The notes under the pieces: model-generated
Database searches by the model: none
Told to the model about the DNA's origin: nothing
What the model saw: only the letters and a program-made list of their open reading frames with translations
Program-made: the position numbers and the translations under genes
Assembly (NCBI GenBank): GCA_964057225.1
Contig: OZ059896.1
Location: 19,716,001 to 19,780,000, forward strand
Source of the DNA: Auanema rhodensis
Lineage: Eukaryota > Animalia > Nematoda
Reading direction: 5' to 3'
DNA: 64,000 bases
Part shown: piece after piece, positions 55,601 through 64,000 of the stretch
Position numbering within the stretch: position 1 is the stretch's first letter
Layout of the letters: every line of letters starts with the position of its first letter

Positions 55601-58600
55601 AAAACATTTTGACAAAAATTTTTTCGAAAAATTTCAAAATAATTTAGCAAAAAGTAGATGTTTTTAGATTCCTTTTTTCAAGGCAAAGACGATGGACATT
55701 GTTATTCAACGAAAAAATTAATTCTTCAGGGTGAAAATCGAGGATATAAGTGTGAACTTATATCAGTTGATATCTCGGTGCATTTTTAAGCTAGCGCAAA
55801 TCTGATAACACAGATCGACGCAGCTTAAAAATCCGCATCGAATGCACTATACTATATTGAGAAACGCTTAATACAAAAATTAGTTATGATCGTTTGAAAA
55901 ATGATGCATTAGTGTATGTTGAGTTTCCATGTACACTCAACATTGCTTCCAAAAACATTTTGACAAAAATTTTTTCGAAAAATTTCAAAATAATTTAGCA
56001 AAAAGTAGATGTTTTTAGATTCCTTTTTTCAAGGCAAAGACGATGGACAATGTTATTCAACGAAAAAATTAATTCTTCAGGGTGAAAATCGAGGATATAA
56101 GTGTGAACATATATCAGTTGATATCTCGGTGCATTTTTAAGCTAGCGCAAATCTGATAACACAGATCGACGCAGCTTAAAAATCCGCATCGAATGCACTA
56201 TACTACATTGAGAAACGCTTAATACAAAAATTAGTTATGATCGTTTGAAAAATGATGCATTAGTGTATGTTGAGTTTCCATGTACACTCAACATTGCTTC
56301 CAAAAACATTTTGACAAAAATTTTTTCGAAAAATTTCGAAATAATTTAGCAAAAAGTAGATGTTTTTAGATTCCTTTTTTCAAGGCAAAGACAATTAACA
56401 ATGTTATTCAACGAAAAAATTAATTCTTCAGGGTGAAAATCGAGGATATAAGTGTGAACATATATCAGTTGATATCTCGGTGCATTTTTAAGCTAGCGCA
56501 AATCTGATAACACAGATCGACGCAGCTTAAAAATCCGCATCGAATGCACTATACTACATTGAGAAACGCTTAATACAAAAATTAGTTATGATCGTTTGAA
56601 AAAGGATGCATTAGTGTATGTTGAGTTTCCATGTACACTCAACATTGCTTCCAAAAACATTTTGACAAAAATTTTTTCGAAAAATTTCTAAATAATTTAG
56701 CAAAAAGTAGATGTTTTTAGATTCCTTTTTTTAAGGCAAAGACGATGGACAATGTTATTCAACGAAAAAATTAATTCTTCAGGGTGAAAATCGAGGATAT
56801 AAGTGTGAACTTATATCAGTTGATATCTCGGTGCATTTTTAAGCTAGCGCAAATCTGATAACACAGATCGACGCAGCTTAAAAATCCGCATCGAATGCAC
56901 TATACTACATTGAGAAACGCTTAATACAAAAATTAGTTATGATCGTTTGAAAAATGATGCATTAGTGTATGTTGAGTTTCCATGTACACTCAACATTGCT
57001 TCCAAAAACATTTTGACAAAAATTTTTTCGAAAAATTTCGAAATAATTTAGCAAAAAGTAGATGTTTTTAGATTCCTTTTTTCAAGGCAAAGACGATTGA
57101 CAATGTTATTCAACGAAAAAATTAATTCTTCAGGGTGAAAATCGAGGATATAAGTGTGAACTTATATCAGTTGATATCTCGGTGCATTTTTAAGCTAGCG
57201 CAAATCTGATAACACAGATCGACGAAGCTTAAAAATCCGCATCGAATGCACTACACTACATTGAGAAACGCTTAATACAAAAATTAGTTATGATCGTTTG
57301 AAAAATGATGCATTAGTGTATGTTGAGTTTCCATGTACACTCAACATTGCTTCCAAAAACATTTTGACAAAAATTTTTTCGAAAAATTTCAAAATAATTT
57401 AGCAAAAAGTAGATGTTTTTAGATTCCTTTTTTCAAGGCAAAGACGATGGACATTGTTATTCAACGAAAAAATTAATTCTTCAGGGTGAAAATCGAGGAT
57501 ATAAGTGTGAACTTATATCAGTTGATATCTCGGTGCATTTTTAAGCTAGCGCAAATCTGATAACACAGATCGACGCAGCTTAAAAATCCGCATCGAATGC
57601 ACTATACTATATTGAGAAACGCTTAATACAAAAATTAGTTATGATCGTTTGAAAAATGATGCATTAGTGTATGTTGAGTTTCCATGTACACTCAACATTG
57701 CTTCCAAAAACATTTTGACAAAAATTTTTTCGAAAAATTTCAAAATAATTTAGCAAAAAGTAGATGTTTTTAGATTCCTTTTTTCAAGGCAAAGACAATT
57801 AACAATGTTATTCAACGAAAAAATTAATTCTTCAGGGTGAAAATCGAGGATATAAGTGTGAACATATATCAGTTGATATCTCGGTGCATTTTTAAGCTAG
57901 CGCAAATCTGATAACACAGATCGACGCAGCTTAAAAATCCGCATCGAATGCACTATACTACATTGAGAAACGCTTAATACAAAAATTAGTTATGATCGTT
58001 TGAAAAAGGATGCATTAGTGTATGTTGAGTTTCCATGTACACTCAACATTGCTTCCAAAAACATTTTGACAAAAATTTTTTCGAAAAATTTCTAAATAAT
58101 TTAGCAAAAAGTAGATGTTTTTAGATTCCTTTTTTTAAGGCAAAGACGATGGACAATGTTATTCAACGAAAAAATTAATTCTTCAGGGTGAAAATCGAGG
58201 ATATAAGTGTGAACTTATATCAGTTGATATCTCGGTGCATTTTTAAGCTAGCGCAAATCTGATAACACAGATCGACGCAGCTTAAAAATCCGCATCGAAT
58301 GCACTATACTACATTGAGAAACGCTTAATACAAAAATTAGTTATGATCGTTTGAAAAATGATGCATTAGTGTATGTTGAGTTTCCATGTACACTCAACAT
58401 TGCTTCCAAAAACATTTTGACAAAAATTTTTTCGAAAAATTTCGAAATAATTTAGCAAAAAGTAGATGTTTTTAGATTCCTTTTTTCAAGGCAAAGACGA
58501 TTGACAATGTTATTCAACGAAAAAATTAATTCTTCAGGGTGAAAATCGAGGATATAAGTGTGAACTTATATCAGTTGATATCTCGGTGCATTTTTAAGCT

Positions 58601-61600
58601 AGCGCAAATCTGATAACACAGATCGACGAAGCTTAAAAATCCGCATCGAATGCACTACACTACATTGAGAAACGCTTAATACAAAAATTAGTTATGATCG
58701 TTTGAAAAATGATGCATTAGTGTATGTTGAGTTTCCATGTACACTCAACATTGCTTCCAAAAACATTTTGACAAAAATTTTTTCGAAAAATTTCAAAATA
58801 ATTTAGCAAAAAGTAGATGTTTTTAGATTCCTTTTTTCAAGGCAAAGACGATGGACATTGTTATTCAACGAAAAAATTAATTCTTCAGGGTGAAAATCGA
58901 GGATATAAGTGTGAACTTATATCAGTTGATATCTCGGTGCATTTTTAAGCTAGCGCAAATCTGATAACACAGATCGACGCAGCTTAAAAATCCGCATCGA
59001 ATGCACTATACTATATTGAGAAACGCTTAATACAAAAATTAGTTATGATCGTTTGAAAAATGATGCATTAGTGTATGTTGAGTTTCCATGTACACTCAAC
59101 ATTGCTTCCAAAAACATTTTGACAAAAATTTTTTCGAAAAATTTCAAAATAATTTAGCAAAAAGTAGATGTTTTTAGATTCCTTTTTTCAAGGCAAAGAC
59201 GATGGACAATGTTATTCAACGAAAAAATTAATTCTTCAGGGTGAAAATCGAGGATATAAGTGTGAACATATATCAGTTGATATCTCGGTGCATTTTTAAG
59301 CTAGCGCAAATCTGATAACACAGATCGACGCAGCTTAAAAATCCGCATCGAATGCACTATACTACATTGAGAAACGCTTAATACAAAAATTAGTTATGAT
59401 CGTTTGAAAAATGATGCATTAGTGTATGTTGAGTTTCCATGTACACTCAACATTGCTTCCAAAAACATTTTGACAAAAATTTTTTCGAAAAATTTCGAAA
59501 TAATTTAGCAAAAAGTAGATGTTTTTAGATTCCTTTTTTCAAGGCAAAGACAATTAACAATGTTATTCAACGAAAAAATTAATTCTTCAGGGTGAAAATC
59601 GAGGATATAAGTGTGAACATATATCAGTTGATATCTCGGTGCATTTTTAAGCTAGCGCAAATCTGATAACACAGATCGACGCAGCTTAAAAATCCGCATC
59701 GAATGCACTATACTACATTGAGAAACGCTTAATACAAAAATTAGTTATGATCGTTTGAAAAAGGATGCATTAGTGTATGTTGAGTTTCCATGTACACTCA
59801 ACATTGCTTCCAAAAACATTTTGACAAAAATTTTTTCGAAAAATTTCTAAATAATTTAGCAAAAAGTAGATGTTTTTAGATTCCTTTTTTTAAGGCAAAG
59901 ACGATGGACAATGTTATTCAACGAAAAAATTAATTCTTCAGGGTGAAAATCGAGGATATAAGTGTGAACTTATATCAGTTGATATCTCGGTGCATTTTTA
60001 AGCTAGCGCAAATCTGATAACACAGATCGACGCAGCTTAAAAATCCGCATCGAATGCACTATACTACATTGAGAAACGCTTAATACAAAAATTAGTTATG
60101 ATCGTTTGAAAAATGATGCATTAGTGTATGTTGAGTTTCCATGTACACTCAACATTGCTTCCAAAAACATTTTGACAAAAATTTTTTCGAAAAATTTCGA
60201 AATAATTTAGCAAAAAGTAGATGTTTTTAGATTCCTTTTTTCAAGGCAAAGACGATTGACAATGTTATTCAACGAAAAAATTAATTCTTCAGGGTGAAAA
60301 TCGAGGATATAAGTGTGAACTTATATCAGTTGATATCTCGGTGCATTTTTAAGCTAGCGCAAATCTGATAACACAGATCGACGAAGCTTAAAAATCCGCA
60401 TCGAATGCACTACACTACATTGAGAAACGCTTAATACAAAAATTAGTTATGATCGTTTGAAAAATGATGCATTAGTGTATGTTGAGTTTCCATGTACACT
60501 CAACATTGCTTCCAAAAACATTTTGACAAAAATTTTTTCGAAAAATTTCAAAATAATTTAGCAAAAAGTAGATGTTTTTAGATTCCTTTTTTCAAGGCAA
60601 AGACGATGGACATTGTTATTCAACGAAAAAATTAATTCTTCAGGGTGAAAATCGAGGATATAAGTGTGAACTTATATCAGTTGATATCTCGGTGCATTTT
60701 TAAGCTAGCGCAAATCTGATAACACAGATCGACGCAGCTTAAAAATCCGCATCGAATGCACTATACTATATTGAGAAACGCTTAATACAAAAATTAGTTA
60801 TGATCGTTTGAAAAATGATGCATTAGTGTATGTTGAGTTTCCATGTACACTCAACATTGCTTCCAAAAACATTTTGACAAAAATTTTTTCGAAAAATTTC
60901 AAAATAATTTAGCAAAAAGTAGATGTTTTTAGATTCCTTTTTTCAAGGCAAAGACGATGGACAATGTTATTCAACGAAAAAATTAATTCTTCAGGGTGAA
61001 AATCGAGGATATAAGTGTGAACATATATCAGTTGATATCTCGGTGCATTTTTAAGCTAGCGCAAATCTGATAACACAGATCGACGCAGCTTAAAAATCCG
61101 CATCGAATGCACTATACTACATTGAGAAACGCTTAATACAAAAATTAGTTATGATCGTTTGAAAAATGATGCATTAGTGTATGTTGAGTTTCCATGTACA
61201 CTCAACATTGCTTCCAAAAACATTTTGACAAAAATTTTTTCGAAAAATTTCAAAATAATTTAGCAAAAAGTAGATGTTTTTAGATTCCTTTTTTCAAGGC
61301 AAAGACGATGGACAATGTTATTCAACGAAAAAATTAATTCTTCAGGGTGAAAATCGAGGATATAAGTGTGAACATATATCAGTTGATATCTCGGTGCATT
61401 TTTAAGCTAGCGCAAATCTGATAACACAGATCGACGCAGCTTAAAAATCCGCATCGAATGCACTATACTACATTGAGAAACGCTTAATACAAAAATTAGT
61501 TATGATCGTTTGAAAAATGATGCATTAGTGTATGTTGAGTTTCCATGTACACTCAACATTGCTTCCAAAAACATTTTGACAAAAATTTTTTCGAAAAATT

Positions 61601-64000
61601 TCAAAATAATTTAGCAAAAAGTAGATGTTTTTAGATTCTTTTTTTCAAGGCAAAGACGATGGACAATGTTATTCAACGAAAAAATTAATTCTTCAGGGTG
61701 AAAATCGAGGATATAAGTGTGAACATATATCAGTTGATATCTCGGTGCATTTTTAAGCTAGCGCAAATCTGATAACACAGATCGACGCAGCTTAAAAATC
61801 CGCATCGAATGCACTATACTACATTGAAAAACGCTTAATACAAAAATTAGTTATGATCGTTTGAAAAATGATGCATTAGTGTATGTTGAGTTTCCATGTA
61901 CACTCAACATTGCTTCCAAAAACATTTTGACAAAAATTTTTTCGAAAAATTTCAAAATAATTTAGCAAAAAGTAGATGTTTTTAGATTCCTTTTTTCAAG
62001 GCAAAGACGATGGACATTGTTATTCAACGAAAAAATTAATTCTTCAGGGTGAAAATCGAGGATATAAGTAAGAACATATATCAGTTGATATCTCGGTGCA
62101 TTTTTAAGCTAGCGCAAATCTGATAACACAGATCGACGCAGCTTAAAAATCCGCATCGAATGCACTATACTACATTGAGAAACGCTTAATACAAAAATTA
62201 GTTATGATCGTTTGAAAAATGATGCATTAGTGTATGTTGAGTTTCCATGTACACTCAACATTGCTTCCAAAAACATTTTGACAAAAATTTTTTCGAAAAA
62301 TTTCAAAATAATTTAGCAAAAAGTAGATGTTTTTAGATTCCTTTTTTCAAGGCAAAGACGATGGACAATGTTATTCAACGAAAAAATTAATTCTTCAGGG
62401 TGAAAATCGAGGATATAAGTGTGAACATATATCAGTTGATATCTCGGTGCATTTTTAAGCTAGCGCAAATCTGATAACACAGATCGACGCAGCTTAAAAA
62501 TCCGCATCGAATGCACTATACTACATTGAGAAACGCTTAATACAAAAATTAGTTATGATCGTTTGAAAAATGATGCATTAGTGTATGTTGAGTTTCCATG
62601 TACACTCAACATTGCTTCCAAAAACATTTTGACAAAAATTTTTTCGAAAAATTTCAAAATAATTTAGCAAAAAGTAGATGTTTTTAGATTCCTTTTTTCA
62701 AGGCAAAGACGATGGACAATGTTATTCAACGAAAAAATTAATTCTTCAGGGTGAAAATCGAGGATATAAGTGTGAACATATATCAGTTGATATCTCGGTG
62801 CATTTTTAAGCTAGCGCAAATCTGATAACACAGATCGACGCAGCTTAAAAATCCGCATCGAATGCACTATACTACATTGAGAAACGCTTAATACAAAAAT
62901 TAGTTATGATCGTTTGAAAAATGATGCATTAGTGTATGTTGAGTTTCCATGTACACTCAACATTGCTTCCAAAAACATTTTGACAAAAATTTTTTCGAAA
63001 AATTTCGAAATAATTTAGCAAAAAGTAGATGTTTTTAGATTCCTTTTTTCAAGGCAAAGACGATTGACAATGTTATTCAACGAAAAAATTAATTCTTCAG
63101 GGTGAAAATCGAGGATATAAGTGTGAACATATATCAGTTGATATCTCGGTGCATTTTTAAGCTAGCGCAATTCTGATAACACAGATCGACGCAGCTTAAA
63201 AATCCGCATCGAATGCACTATACTACATTGAGAAACGCTTAATACAAAAATTAGTTATGATCGTTTGAAAAAGGATGCATTAGTGTATGTTGAGTTTCCA
63301 TGTACACTCAACATTGCTTCCAAAAACATTTTGACAAAAATTTTTTCGAAAAATTTCTAAATAATTTAGCAAAAAGTAGATGTTTTTAGATTCCTTTTTT
63401 TAAGGCAAAGACGATGGACAATGTTATTCAACGAAAAAATTAATTCTTCAGGGTGAAAATCGAGGATATAAGTGTGAACTTATATCAGTTGATATCTCGG
63501 TGCATTTTTAAGCTAGCGCAAATCTGATAACACAGATCGACGCAGCTTAAAAATCCGCATCGAATGCACTATACTACATTGAGAAACGCTTAATACAAAA
63601 ATTAGTTATGATCGTTTGAAAAATGATGCATTAGTGTATGTTGAGTTTCCATGTACACTCAACATTGCTTCCAAAAACATTTTGACAAAAATTTTTTCGA
63701 AAAATTTCGAAATAATTTAGCAAAAAGTAGATGTTTTTAGATTCCTTTTTTCAAGGCAAAGACGATTGACAATGTTATTCAACGAAAAAATTAATTCTTC
63801 AGGGTGAAAATCGAGGATATAAGTGTGAACTTATATCAGTTGATATCTCGGTGCATTTTTAAGCTAGCGCAAATCTGATAACACAGATCGACGAAGCTTA
63901 AAAATCCGCATCGAATGCACTATACTACATTGAGAAACGCTTAATACAAAAATTAGTTATGATCGTTTGAAAAAGGATGCATTAGTGTATGTTGAGTTTC
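52644..64000. repeat. Domain C: 5-monomer HOR (1,755 bp), with 4-mer variants and a run of near-identical monomers at 61068-62822
   Basis: Order [T100G,A185T,C228T] - [A185G,G243T] - [C19A,T48C,A248T] - [C53T,T307A] - [A185G,G240A,G243T,G244A,T307A]. The AAAAGGATG marker sits in monomers at 52995, 54750, 56505, 57909, 59664 and 63174. Confidence 0.92.

Larger units (their letters stand above)
1..64000. repeat. 351-bp AT-rich tandem satellite array, 182 full copies plus a 125-bp partial copy, open at both window ends
   Basis: The unit TGATAACACAGATCGACGC...GCTAGCGCAAATC recurs at 1, 352, 703, 1054, 1404 ... 63876. The arithmetic closes exactly: 182x351 minus seven 1-bp deletions = 63875. No non-repeat sequence or inversion was seen. 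Confidence 0.99.

Noticed and set aside
1-64000. CRISPR array
   Set aside because: Palindromic repeats are present, but there are no unique spacers, the unit is 351 bp and there are no cas genes.
1-64000. Array as a pure artefact (concatemer, rolling-circle amplification or collapsed assembly)
   Set aside because: Hierarchically shared, position-restricted SNP haplotypes are not expected from copying a single template. Individual perfect duplications still need read support.

Overview
The whole 64-kb window is one uninterrupted, head-to-tail, single-orientation satellite array. The monomer is 351 bp and about 31% GC by hand count. There are 182 complete copies plus a final 125-bp partial copy, and monomers differ from the consensus by only about 0-6 substitutions. 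I see no genes, transposon insertions, RNA genes or CRISPR spacers. All listed ORFs arise when a single SNP removes a stop codon in some copies. I cannot name the satellite family from memory. It resembles a eukaryotic (peri)centromeric or heterochromatic satellite (inference). I found no support for a new protein-coding system. The informative structure is at two other scales. (1) Inside the monomer, four inverted repeats cover about 40% of the unit: a 67-nt fold-back across the junction, a 9-bp stem with a GTGA tetraloop, an apparently invariant 9-bp dyad and an A/T palindrome centred on TTCGAA. (2) Across the array, diagnostic SNPs define layered domains: a 7-mer higher-order repeat (HOR) domain (1-17.9 kb), a dimer/4-mer/7-mer mosaic (17.9-49.1 kb), a short return of first-domain monomers (49.1-52.6 kb) and a 5-mer HOR domain (52.6-64 kb). 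There is also a 9,824-bp (28-monomer) offset duplication and many in-register chimeric monomers. Monomer positions below count from the T at window position 1. All variant calls were read by eye and should be confirmed by alignment.
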